This document shows, one piece after another, positions 29,919 to 37,303 of a stretch of DNA of 64,000 nucleotides (positions are counted from its first letter, which is position 1; every line of letters starts with the position of its first letter). Origin of the DNA: a virus (lineage: Duplodnaviria > Heunggongvirae > Uroviricota > Caudoviricetes); IMG/VR virus record IMGVR_UViG_3300028833_000054, positions 246,482 to 310,481 of that record; one strand, 5' to 3'. The position numbers and the translations under genes are program-made. The notes under the pieces are model-generated. The model did not search any database. It was given only the letters and a program-made list of their open reading frames with translations, and was not told where the DNA came from.

Positions 29919-30053
29919 AAGAGCATTACAAAGTTTGCAACCCTTGTAAATTGTTACTATACAACTGCACCTGCCTGCAGTGAGCCGCGACTATGGGGTT
30001 ACTAGAGCATCTGTACACAATAACTCATCATCATAACCTGTATAGTATCTCTT
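29919..30053 (-). ncRNA. Three-way-junction RNA B with Cys-anticodon-like loop
   Basis: AAGAG/CTCTT, ACTATAC/GTATAGT, TTACA..GG TTGCAAA CTT TGTAA; covaries with copy A. Confidence 0.65.
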
Positions 30054-30059
30054 CAAGAG

Positions 30060-30153
30060 CGGAGACGATAGGACTCGAACCTACACACCGGGTTTGAACC
30101 GATTACTAATAGTTTTCAGGACTATTCCCTTACGCAATTAGGGTTACATCTCC
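30060..30153 (-). tRNA. tRNA-Ser(TGA), C33
   Basis: ATAGT CC TGA AA ACTAT, long variable arm. Confidence 0.85.
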
Positions 30154-30159
30154 ATAATG

Positions 30160-30247
30160 CGGTGAGTGAGGGATTCGAACCCCCGGACCGCTCATCACGA
30201 TCGGTGCTTTTCAAGAGCACTGCTATAGACCGCTCAGCCAACTCACC
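30160..30247 (-). tRNA. tRNA-Ser(TGA)
   Basis: GTGCT CT TGA AA AGCAC, long variable arm. Confidence 0.9.
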
Positions 30248-30253
30248 AGTATA

Positions 30254-30685
30254 TTATAATTTGTAATGCTTCATCTTCTTTGATTTGAAATTGTCTGTAA
30301 TTGAATGACAATTAGGACAAAGCATTTGCAAATTTTCTAATTTATTATTGTTATGGTCTCCATCAATATGATGAAGCTCCAATACAATTGGATGTCCCAT
30401 CCATTCTGTATTTCCACAACATTCACATCTTCTTTCTTTCAAACCTTCTTTCAAAAGTCTATCGTGTAAATGTGAAGTAGAATATCCAGGATATTTTCCA
30501 TCCAAAATATCTTGCAAATTATATTTTACTCCAGGATGATTTGTATCAAAAGAGTAATCAAATTTCTTACAATATTTTTCAAATGTGTTTCTATGCATAT
30601 TCAACTTGTGATATGCTTCTTGCTTTGTTTTACGCTCTGAACAGATTTGCAAAAACTCTTCTTTTGATATATCTTCGTATTTCAT
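30254..30685 (-). CDS. HNH homing endonuclease
   Basis: CECCG...LELHHIDGDHNNNKLENLQMLCPNCH. Confidence 0.9.
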   Translation of the reverse strand: MKYEDISKEEFLQICSERKTKQEAYHKLNMHRNTFEKYCKKFDYSFDTNHPGVKYNLQDILDGKYPGYSTSHLHDRLLKEGLKERRCECCGNTEWMGHPIVLELHHIDGDHNNNKLENLQMLCPNCHSITDNFKSKKMKHYKL

Positions 30686-30705
30686 TTCTCAAAAGATATT
30701 ATTTG

Positions 30706-30780
30706 CGGTGCGTACGAGGCTCGAACTCGTGACCTCCGGCGTGACAGGCCGGCATCCTAAACCAACTGAACGAACGCACC
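30706..30780 (-). tRNA. tRNA-Asp(GTC)
   Basis: Loop CT GTC AC. Confidence 0.92.
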
Positions 30781-30837
30781 GTATAATAAAATGGAGAACA
30801 TCAAATGCTCTCCATAATAAATCTATCAAGTTTTTAC

Positions 30838-31131
30838 TTATTCCTTCTCCTCGTCCTCTTTCTCCTTTTTGGGAGCTTCCAGATTGTGGGCTTTTCTAGT
30901 TGCAACCGTCATAATCCATGCATAAGCAATGACATCAACAATTACTACAAGAACAGGAGTCATAAGCAACCATTTTCCAACTTCTTCACCCCAATTTGCT
31001 TCAACTGGTGAATGACCTAAAATTACAAAATGGACAAAGAATGCAATCCAAATAATTGCAACAACAGCAAGTGAAAGCCACAAATATGCTTTCTTGCCCC
31101 AATTAATACCGTCTTGTCTACTCATATACAA
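30838..31131 (-). CDS. Small membrane protein (2 TM)
   Basis: Two hydrophobic segments, charged C-terminus. Confidence 0.7.
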   Translation of the reverse strand: MYMSRQDGINWGKKAYLWLSLAVVAIIWIAFFVHFVILGHSPVEANWGEEVGKWLLMTPVLVVIVDVIAYAWIMTVATRKAHNLEAPKKEKEDEEKE

Positions 31132-31174
31132 ATATTTTGATTTTTGTTCAATATATTTATTATGATAAATTTAG

Positions 31175-31249
31175 TCGGGATGGCGGGACTCGAACCCACG
31201 ACCACGTGATCCCAAATCACGCGTGCTAAACCAACTGCACCACATCCCG
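31175..31249 (-). tRNA. tRNA-Pro(TGG)
   Basis: Loop TT TGG GA. Confidence 0.92.
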
Positions 31250-31251
31250 TT

Positions 31252-31327
31252 TGGTTGGGATACCAGGGCTCAAACCTGGAACCTTCAGAGCCAGAATCTG
31301 ACGCTCTATCAATTGCGCTATACCCCA
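31252..31327 (-). tRNA. tRNA-Gln(CTG)
   Basis: Loop TT CTG GC; CCA. Confidence 0.9.
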
Positions 31328-31333
31328 ATATAG

Positions 31334-31404
31334 TTGAAGCGGCGGGAATCGAACCCACATCGCAGGGACCAAAATCCTGGGTCCTACCTTTGAACGACGC
31401 TTCA
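31334..31404 (-). tRNA. tRNA-Gln(TTG)
   Basis: Loop TT TTG GT. Confidence 0.9.
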
Positions 31405-31410
31405 ATGTTA

Positions 31411-31502
31411 AAGCAAATAGCCTCCGAATAGAATTGATTTGTTGATTTGGCTGGCAGGAAAGGAGGTGTGTGAACAACCAGTTCCGAAGACCAAATTTGC
31501 TT
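31411..31502 (-). ncRNA. Hairpin RNA displaying an anti-Shine-Dalgarno (16S 3' end) sequence CACCTCCTTTC
   Basis: AAGCAAAT/ATTTGCTT and CTTCGGAA/TTCGGAG stems; CTGG/CCAG hairpin with CACCTCCTTTC in its loop. Confidence 0.6.
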
Positions 31503-31513
31503 TCAAAAAGAAG

Positions 31514-31617
31514 TAGCGAGAGTTGGATTCGAACCAACGACTAACTCTGTACATACGATTACAGGTTTCTCCCAGCATCCCTGCGGCCGGGCGAGGACGC
31601 CGCTCCTCCACCTCGCG
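31514..31617 (-). ncRNA. Initiator-tRNA-like RNA with the anticodon arm replaced by two hairpins
   Basis: CGCGAGGTGGAG... with C1:U72 mismatch; T arm GTTGG TTCGAAT CCAAC; CCCGGC/GCTGGG and TGTA/TACA hairpins. Confidence 0.6.
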
Positions 31618-31622
31618 ATATG

Positions 31623-31697
31623 TTGCGGGGGCCAGAATCGAACTGGCGTAATTTGGCTTATGAGACCAAGCTGGTACCATCTCCAGTCCACCCCACA
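31623..31697 (-). tRNA. tRNA-Met(CAT)
   Basis: TTGGT CT CAT AA GCCAA. Confidence 0.85.
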
Positions 31698-31706
31698 ATT
31701 TTTCAT

Positions 31707-31874
31707 TTATTCATATAATCTCATAAAATCTTTTCCATAAATAGATACAACCTCTTCAATAATAGGCAACATATCTTTCCTCAAAAGAAGTTTGACTTCA
31801 GGATGTTGTTCATGCTTTGCTTTTGCTCTTGCTGAATAATATCCTTTTATTTTATAAATATCTTTATCATTTAT
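31707..31874 (-). pseudogene. C-terminal remnant of a PD-(D/E)XK-type mobile endonuclease
   Basis: Startless frame INDKDIYKIKGYYSARAKAK...YGKDFMRLYE*. Confidence 0.35.
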
Positions 31875-31883
31875 CTAAATTTG

Positions 31884-31955
31884 AGCAGCATAGCAGAATT
31901 GAACTGCCATCTGAACATTGGCAATGTCCTATAATAACCGTTATACGAATGCTGC
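31884..31955 (-). tRNA. tRNA-Gly(GCC)
   Basis: Loop TT GCC AA; U73. Confidence 0.9.
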
Positions 31956-31977
31956 ATTCTCTAACTATTTGATAGTG

Positions 31978-32049
31978 AGCAGGATAGCGGAATCGAACCG
32001 CCATATCCAGCTTGGAAGGCTGGCATAATAACCGTTATACTAATCCTGC
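31978..32049 (-). tRNA. tRNA-Gly(TCC)
   Basis: Loop CT TCC AA. Confidence 0.92.
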
Positions 32050-32066
32050 ATTTGTAAATTATATAC

Positions 32067-32172
32067 TGGTGGAGGTTAATTTATTGCAATCAGGTACCAC
32101 TCGTGTTTCTTCATTCCTGGCAGTATCTGGTAAGCTTTTCCCAGACTTACCAAAAATTGCATGCAAACCTCC
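32067..32172 (-). ncRNA. RNA with tRNA-like acceptor stem and encoded ACCA but no T arm
   Basis: GGAGGTT/AACCTCC-ACCA; TGCAAT/ATTGCA; TGGTAAG/CTTACCA. Confidence 0.55.
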
Positions 32173-32177
32173 ATATG

Positions 32178-32250
32178 TAGGCTCGGAGAGACTCGAACTC
32201 TCAATATCTTGCTCCTAAGGCAAGCGTGTCTTCCATTGCACCACGAACCC
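32178..32250 (-). tRNA. tRNA-Leu(TAG), short variable loop
   Basis: CTTGC CT TAG GA GCAAG, 5-nt variable region. Confidence 0.8.
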
Positions 32251-32257
32251 ATAAAAT

Positions 32258-32403
32258 ATAGAGAAGAAAGTGAATGAATCTGGAATTCAAACATCCTGCT
32301 TAATAGGCGGGCGCTCTGCCAACTGAGCTAATTCACCAAAATGGTAGTGAATACTGGACTCGAACCAGTGAAACGAAGTAAGATTCACTCTGACTGTCTC
32401 TAT
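32258..32403 (-). ncRNA. YrlA-like permuted chimera (ASL CT ATT AA)
   Basis: ATAGAG/CTCTAT, CAGTCA, GAGTGAATC/GATTCATTC, TTACTTCG; T arm, closed acceptor ATTCAC TACCATTTTG GTGAAT, D arm, ASL. Confidence 0.8.
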
Positions 32404-32436
32404 TAACTTATTTCCTATTTTAGACAATTCCTTAAT

Positions 32437-32785
32437 ATTGTCAGGCATAGGTACCAGGATTCTGTTTACGGACCCCACCAACACCCTTCATGGTTCGGCT
32501 GCTACGGACGGCAATACCCAGCTAACAGGCCGGTGTTTCCTGTAAGAAGCTGACAGTTATGGTCGATCATCATAATACCAGCAACTAGTCTAAACTGTAA
32601 ACGGTAGTTGAAAGTATCCCTCGTTTGTAGTAACTTCTTCTGCGTGTGGTGATGGGCTACTCTTTAATCCATGCATTCGGAGCAGGCAGAAGGCTCTCTG
32701 GACTAATAATAAACGTCTTTGAGCAGATTGACGGATTGGCTTGTTTTAGTATCTGAACATTCACAGGGTAACCATGCCTCTCAAT
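32437..32785 (-). ncRNA. Candidate ~350-nt structured RNA
   Basis: Ends pair: ATTG..AGGCATGG.TACC with GGTA.CTATGCCT..CAAT. Confidence 0.4.
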
Positions 32786-32846
32786 CTGGAATTGACCTGT
32801 TACAGCGGGAGGATATATCATTTCACCTCGACCTGTTCGTTCATTG

Positions 32847-32925
32847 TGCTCCCGGGAGGACTCGAACCTCCATACCCCAGTTACGCCGTTAATGACTGTG
32901 TATAAGACAGGAGCGCTACGAGAGC
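32847..32925 (-). tRNA. Atypical tRNA-Ile(TAT)-like RNA lacking a D arm, with enlarged variable region
   Basis: GCTCTCG/CGGGAGC, CTGT CT TAT AC ACAG, T arm GGAGG TTCGAGT CCTCC. Confidence 0.55.
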
Positions 32926-33161
32926 AGGAACAGTTAATACGCCTGTCTTCCGTAGGTCTGTTGACCCCAAACAAAAGTTTGGATTAACTGTTAAAATAAT
33001 CTCCATCAAACTTACCGATGTATTCCCCTGGGATATCATCGCAGTTGGGATTCTGCTTGATTGGTACTTTTTCATTACCAGACCCAGTAGTGTATCGAGG
33101 TCGTCCGGTCAAAAGAGTTCCCGCTCTTTTCCGTAATAAGGATTTTCGTTGTAGAGGTCCC

Positions 33162-33295
33162 TGCGGCCTAAACTCTGTAATTATCAATTTACCCTTTATA
33201 AGAGGATTGGAAATACCGTTTGCCATCAGGTTTTCGCCCGGCCGGAGTTGAACCGACTAATATTCATAATTTTAATTTGAGTTTTGGCCGCCGCA
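33162..33295 (-). ncRNA. Circularly permuted tRNA-like RNA (ASL CT TAT AA) in a long closing stem; divergent Y-like
   Basis: TGCGGC/GCCGCA, AAACTC/GAGTTT, AATTAT/ATAATT; order T arm, closed acceptor, D arm, ASL. Confidence 0.6.
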
Positions 33296-33511
33296 ATTAT
33301 ATTTCATTTAATTTAAGTTCATATCTGTAATTTATTGAAATTCATTGATTTCAATAAATTATCTTATCTAAAATTTAATGTGACAGATTTATTTTAGTTC
33401 ACTCTGCCTATGATCCATAATTTAACAATATAATTGCAAGACTTGCAAGGAAAAAGGTCTTATGACAGCAACTGTCTACTAACCTTTCGTTTGATAGAAA
33501 TTTATTCTTTG

Positions 33512-33583
33512 TCACGCCAACGAGATTCGAACTCGTATTGCAGGAATGAAAATCCTGGATCCTAACCATTAGATGATAGCGCG
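33512..33583 (-). tRNA. tRNA-Glu(TTC)
   Basis: Loop TT TTC AT. Confidence 0.88.
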
Positions 33584-33593
33584 ATTTGTACTG

Positions 33594-33669
33594 TAAGCCG
33601 TGTCCGATTCGAACGGACGTCCTATGATTGAAAGTCACAGCGCCTCGACCACTAGCTGATTAACGGCTC
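33594..33669 (-). tRNA. tRNA-Glu(TTC)
   Basis: Loop CT TTC AA. Confidence 0.8.
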
Positions 33670-33674
33670 ATTTT

Positions 33675-33763
33675 AAAATCAAAGAATAACCAATAACAGA
33701 AAATGTTCAAATGTTTGAGTTGCAGTCAAATTCGAAGTAACTGTCATTGTGACTATTGATTTT
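33675..33763 (-). ncRNA. Minimal Y-module RNA carrying only an anticodon-like hairpin (CT GCA AC)
   Basis: AAAATCAA/TTGATTTT, TAGTCA, CAATGACAG/CTGTTATTG, TTACTTCG, TTTGA CTGCAAC TCAAA, ATTCT. Confidence 0.75.
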
Positions 33764-33765
33764 TG

Positions 33766-33902
33766 TGGACGGGGCTGGATTTGAACCAACATACGATTGT
33801 GCCATAAACAATTTGCTATACCTTCGAAGTAGCTCTTACCGATGACTACGTTTTGCCGAGAATGCTCAGAAGAGATAATTTCTTTTATTTGCATACCCGT
33901 CC
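33766..33902 (-). ncRNA. tRNA-Y-module chimera (D-loop insertion; ASL TT ATG GC)
   Basis: GGACGGG/CCCGTCC; D stem TGC/GCA encloses ..ATTCT CG GCAAAA CG TAGTCA..GCTACTTCG. Confidence 0.8.
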
Positions 33903-33911
33903 ATGTTTTTG

Positions 33912-34087
33912 CGGGGATATCAAGAATCGAACTTGATATTCTGGATTTTGTCCCAGAAATTACGAAGTATCTTTAATCTTGGCTGCTCCCTATATTTTGA
34001 TTTTTCCTCGGTGATTAGCCGAAGCCGCCTAGCAAAGAGAAAACAGACAAAGACATTTTGTAACGGTCTTACCTGACCAATATCCCC
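33912..34087 (-). ncRNA. tRNA-Y-module chimera (module replaces anticodon loop; long variable arm)
   Basis: GGGGATA/TATCCCC, D arm GGTC/GACC, TTAC/GTAA encloses TTTTCT...CAGCCA..ATACTTCG. Confidence 0.65.
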
Positions 34088-34401
34088 ATAGAAATAAAAC
34101 ATCAATATTGTTCTCTCCATACAGAATTCTCTTTGTGTATACGTCCTTCTGTTCTGACCAGATTTCAGTTCAAACAGAGGTAAACATGAATGAACCTTAT
34201 ACTGTTCCCCGAGTGTACTACCTTTATTGCGCACTAGGCAATGTACCCCCAACGAGTGGAGCCGGAACCGCCGGTATCGTCATACCGTACTGAGAACTTG
34301 ATGTTTTAAAAGATTGTTTGGGAAATGTGTTTGTAATTAGTCAACTTACAAGATTGATGCTTTAATAAGCTAGAAGTAACAGAACACGTAGCCAAACAGA
34401 G

Positions 34402-34485
34402 TAGCGCAGGTGGGAGTCGAACCCACACGCCTTATTATGGCAGTAGATTTTGAGTCTACCGTGTATACCATTCCACCACTGCGCC
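34402..34485 (-). tRNA. tRNA-Leu(CAA)
   Basis: Loop CT CAA AA, long variable arm. Confidence 0.92.
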
Positions 34486-34496
34486 ATAGAATTTAG

Positions 34497-34568
34497 AGCC
34501 GGCGGAGAATACCGAGATCTCGACCTGAGGTTTACAAAACCCCTGCTCTGCCACTGAGCTACGCCGGC
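34497..34568 (-). tRNA. tRNA-Thr(TGT), atypical T loop
   Basis: Loop TT TGT AA; T arm GAGAT CTCGGTA TTCTC. Confidence 0.8.
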
Positions 34569-34665
34569 GTATAAGCAACCTCCACTATCACAGTATTGGT
34601 TGCAGAATAAATTTCTATGGATTTCAGTATTGTCAAAGATCTCCATGTTGATTTCTCAACAAGAG

Positions 34666-34737
34666 CTGCCTGAGAGAATTACGATATCTCGACCCGCGGC
34701 TTAACAGGCCGCTGCTCTGCCTCTGAGCTATCAGGCA
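34666..34737 (-). tRNA. tRNA-Asn(GTT), atypical T loop
   Basis: Loop CT GTT AA; T arm GAGAT ATCGTAA TTCTC. Confidence 0.8.
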
Positions 34738-34808
34738 ATATTTGAAAGAACTTGTGTATATTTTATATTACAAATATATGAAAGTTTTTTGTAAATATAA
34801 AATTTTTG

Positions 34809-35361
34809 TGACCCCGACGGGGCTCGAACCCGTGACCCCGACATTAACTTACCACTATAGTTTTCACTACCAATATCATCCATTAACGACTTCTCGTTCA
34901 CCGGGTCTTTAGCCTAGTACGGGAATTGAACCCATCATATTGTTTGTAGTCTGGACTCTATCTTAACCATATTGAAATCTTGCAAGATACCATCACGGAT
35001 TTTACTGACTCTAACAGATTGTAGTCTTCCTTCACCAGCATGATAATTTCAACTTAGGTTCCTCCTGTATAGTCTCTACACACTGTCTATATCTCCACAT
35101 CCATCCTTATGTCCTCATTAGCCAATATTGAGTGATTTGGGGATTTCATTTGCTTCATAGATATTAACATTGGCTCGGTATTGGCATATTATCCTGTCCA
35201 AGCGGAGCTAACAATACTTTAAGTCACTTGGTCAAGCGAAAACCAGATAACTTAGCTTTCACCGAATTAGGGAGATTCTACTTTTAGCATTTCTGCTAAA
35301 GCACTCTTATGTTGTTAAAACAAGCAAAAGTGTCGTGCTCTACCAACTGAGCTACAAGGTC
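34809..35361 (-). tRNA. tRNA-Lys(TTT) interrupted by a group I intron
   Basis: Exons 35361-35328 (..CGACA CT T) and 34847-34809 (TT AA TGTCG..). Confidence 0.85.
34848..35327 (-). mobile_element. Group I self-splicing intron (480 nt, no ORF seen)
   Basis: P AATTCGGTGAAAGC, Q AATACCGAGCC, R GTAGAGACTA, S AAGATAGAGTCC; P1 CACTT/GAGTG with U-G at the 5' splice site; terminal G. Confidence 0.88.
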
Positions 35362-35507
35362 TTCCATATTTCTTCAAAGAACTTTTTTCTGTTTGCAAGT
35401 ACAAATATACGAATAATATTTTTAACCGCAAAATATTTTTTAAAAAATTTAAGCTCCTCAACCTTTTTGTTCGGATGAGGAGCTCTCGATTTCTTGTAAT
35501 CTTTATC

Positions 35508-35669
35508 TTAAAAATCTTCTTCTATCTCATCCATTTTCATTCCGCCTGAGTCATTGCCTGATTCTGGTTGTCCTTGACCCTCGGCTACTGTGCATACACC
35601 ACAACTTGCAAGGACTGATTTTCTGGTCAATCCTGCAAGAACGGGCAATATATTTGTATGCTGTAACAT
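35508..35669 (-). CDS. 53-aa small protein (SCGVC motif, acidic tail)
   Basis: MLQHTNILPVLAGLTRKSVLASCGVCTVAEGQGQPESGNDSGGMKMDEIEEDF*; own promoter and GAGCTCCTC-type terminator. Confidence 0.5.
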   Translation of the reverse strand: MLQHTNILPVLAGLTRKSVLASCGVCTVAEGQGQPESGNDSGGMKMDEIEEDF

Positions 35670-35785
35670 TGAATTCTAAAGTTTTTAAGTTTGTTTACAA
35701 TTTATATATCGTAAATATACGAAAGATTTTTTAATCTTCAAAATTTTATTATTTATTGCGAACTTGAGAGAAATTTCTCACTATT

Positions 35786-36187
35786 TTATTTTTGGCCATG
35801 TCTAGCTTGTATATCAGCATATAACTGTTTTGCTGTTTCTCCGTCAAGATGACTTGCACCATCTTTGTCTACCCAAACTTTAGCATTAGGATATCTTTTA
35901 CGCAAATCATCTTGTTCTTTTGCTTCTGTCTCTTTCTTATGGCAATTGTAACCATATCCAAATACTTGATAAAATAATGTTTCTAATGTAGGAAGTTCTG
36001 CATAAGATAAAGATTTTCCTATTCGTTGTTGATATGCTGCTACTGCTTTTTTAGAAACTGCTTTAGCTTCTTCCACCGGACTAGTGTTTCCTTCATCAAG
36101 ATGATTGACATATTTCATAACATCTTGCTTTCCATAAGACTCAACAAGTCTCTGAAGTTCTTTTCTATCTTTATCAATTTGTTTCAT
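35786..36187 (-). CDS. Paralog family with conserved N-terminal RLVESYGK leader, member 1
   Basis: MKQIDKDRKELQRLVESYGKQDVMKYVNHLDEG. Confidence 0.8.
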   Translation of the reverse strand: MKQIDKDRKELQRLVESYGKQDVMKYVNHLDEGNTSPVEEAKAVSKKAVAAYQQRIGKSLSYAELPTLETLFYQVFGYGYNCHKKETEAKEQDDLRKRYPNAKVWVDKDGASHLDGETAKQLYADIQARHGQK

Positions 36188-36241
36188 ATCAATATATAAT
36201 ATTTTTCTTCATGCACAAGAACGAGAGAAATTTCTCACATT

Positions 36242-36670
36242 TTAATCGTCATCAGTTAAAAGAGTTCTTGGACTTCTCATACGACCGAAGAATCCACGTG
36301 ATTCAATCTTGTCATACATATCTCTATATCCTCTATTATATCCTTCGTCTTTACCGTTCTGATAACCATCATTATATCCTTCTTCATAGGCTTCATCATA
36401 TCCTACTTTCTTACCTTCTTCTACTCCGAGTTCATAAGGTTCATTCTGAACAGTATCAACTAAATCTTCTAGAACTTGCTGTATTTGATTAAGTATTTCT
36501 TCTTTGAGACCTCCTGTAATTTCTGATATTCTACGTACACATTCCTGTACAGCATTCAAATCATCGTTACGGCTTTCATTGATATACAATACAAAATTTT
36601 TAACATCTTCTTTTCCATAAGATTCAACCAATCTCTTAAGAGTTTCTCTATCCATTTCTATCTGTTTCAT
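36242..36670 (-). CDS. RLVESYGK leader family member 2 (GYxxGY repeats)
   Basis: MKQIEMDRETLKRLVESYGKEDVKNFVLYINES. Confidence 0.8.
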   Translation of the reverse strand: MKQIEMDRETLKRLVESYGKEDVKNFVLYINESRNDDLNAVQECVRRISEITGGLKEEILNQIQQVLEDLVDTVQNEPYELGVEEGKKVGYDEAYEEGYNDGYQNGKDEGYNRGYRDMYDKIESRGFFGRMRSPRTLLTDDD

Positions 36671-36686
36671 ATATACTCATTTTATT

Positions 36687-37217
36687 TTACATCAAACCAA
36701 TATATAACTGAACCTCGCCTGTAGTATCATTGATAAATGCAAAGATTACAAAGTTAGGAAATTCAATTTTTTCAATAGAACAACTAGCATTTTCATATTC
36801 AAATCCTACAATTTCTTGTCCTCTGTTATTATTAACAACATTGTCCCAAATATCTTCTGCAGCGTTGCCAAAAAATGCATAGCAATCTTCATATTCACCC
36901 AATTCATCTACAATGTCACTTAATTCATAGCGCCATTCATTATATACATCATTTTGATCTTCTTCAGAATCAGGAACCCAAGCATTTATCATAGATGCAA
37001 TCAAAACATTTTTGTCATATTTACAATAAGAATAAACATCTTGAACGAGTTGTGATTTTATATATTGTTCATTGTTTACAGTGTCATAAATATATGTTAT
37101 AGCATCATCTTCGTTTATTCCTTCATTAAGATGATTTACAAACTTCAAAACATCTTGTTTACCATAAGACTCAACAAGTCTCTTGAGGGTTTCTCTATCT
37201 CTGTTTACAGTATTCAT
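36687..37217 (-). CDS. RLVESYGK leader family member 3
   Basis: MNTVNRDRETLKRLVESYGKQDVLKFVNHLNEG. Confidence 0.8.
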   Translation of the reverse strand: MNTVNRDRETLKRLVESYGKQDVLKFVNHLNEGINEDDAITYIYDTVNNEQYIKSQLVQDVYSYCKYDKNVLIASMINAWVPDSEEDQNDVYNEWRYELSDIVDELGEYEDCYAFFGNAAEDIWDNVVNNNRGQEIVGFEYENASCSIEKIEFPNFVIFAFINDTTGEVQLYIGLM

Positions 37218-37253
37218 ATTATAATAAATTTCAAATTTAAATATTTATCTAAC

Positions 37254-37281
37254 AAAAAAGGAACCTCTATAAGGTTCCTTC
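37254..37281 (-). terminator. Intrinsic terminator
   Basis: AAGGAACC/GGTTCCTT hairpin plus U-tract. Confidence 0.65.
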
Positions 37282-37303
37282 AATTCATTTTTTGAATTTT
37301 GTC

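Noticed and set aside
32437-32785. Second RNase P RNA or tmRNA
   Set aside because: It has ACAGAATCCTGG but no matching 5' P4 strand, and no tRNA-Ala-like termini.
34110-34300. Possible ncRNA between chimera and tRNA-Leu; similar unassigned spacers at 22570-22700, 39455-39548 and 39946-40150
   Set aside because: Only short or ambiguous pairings and no shared motif that I could verify by eye.
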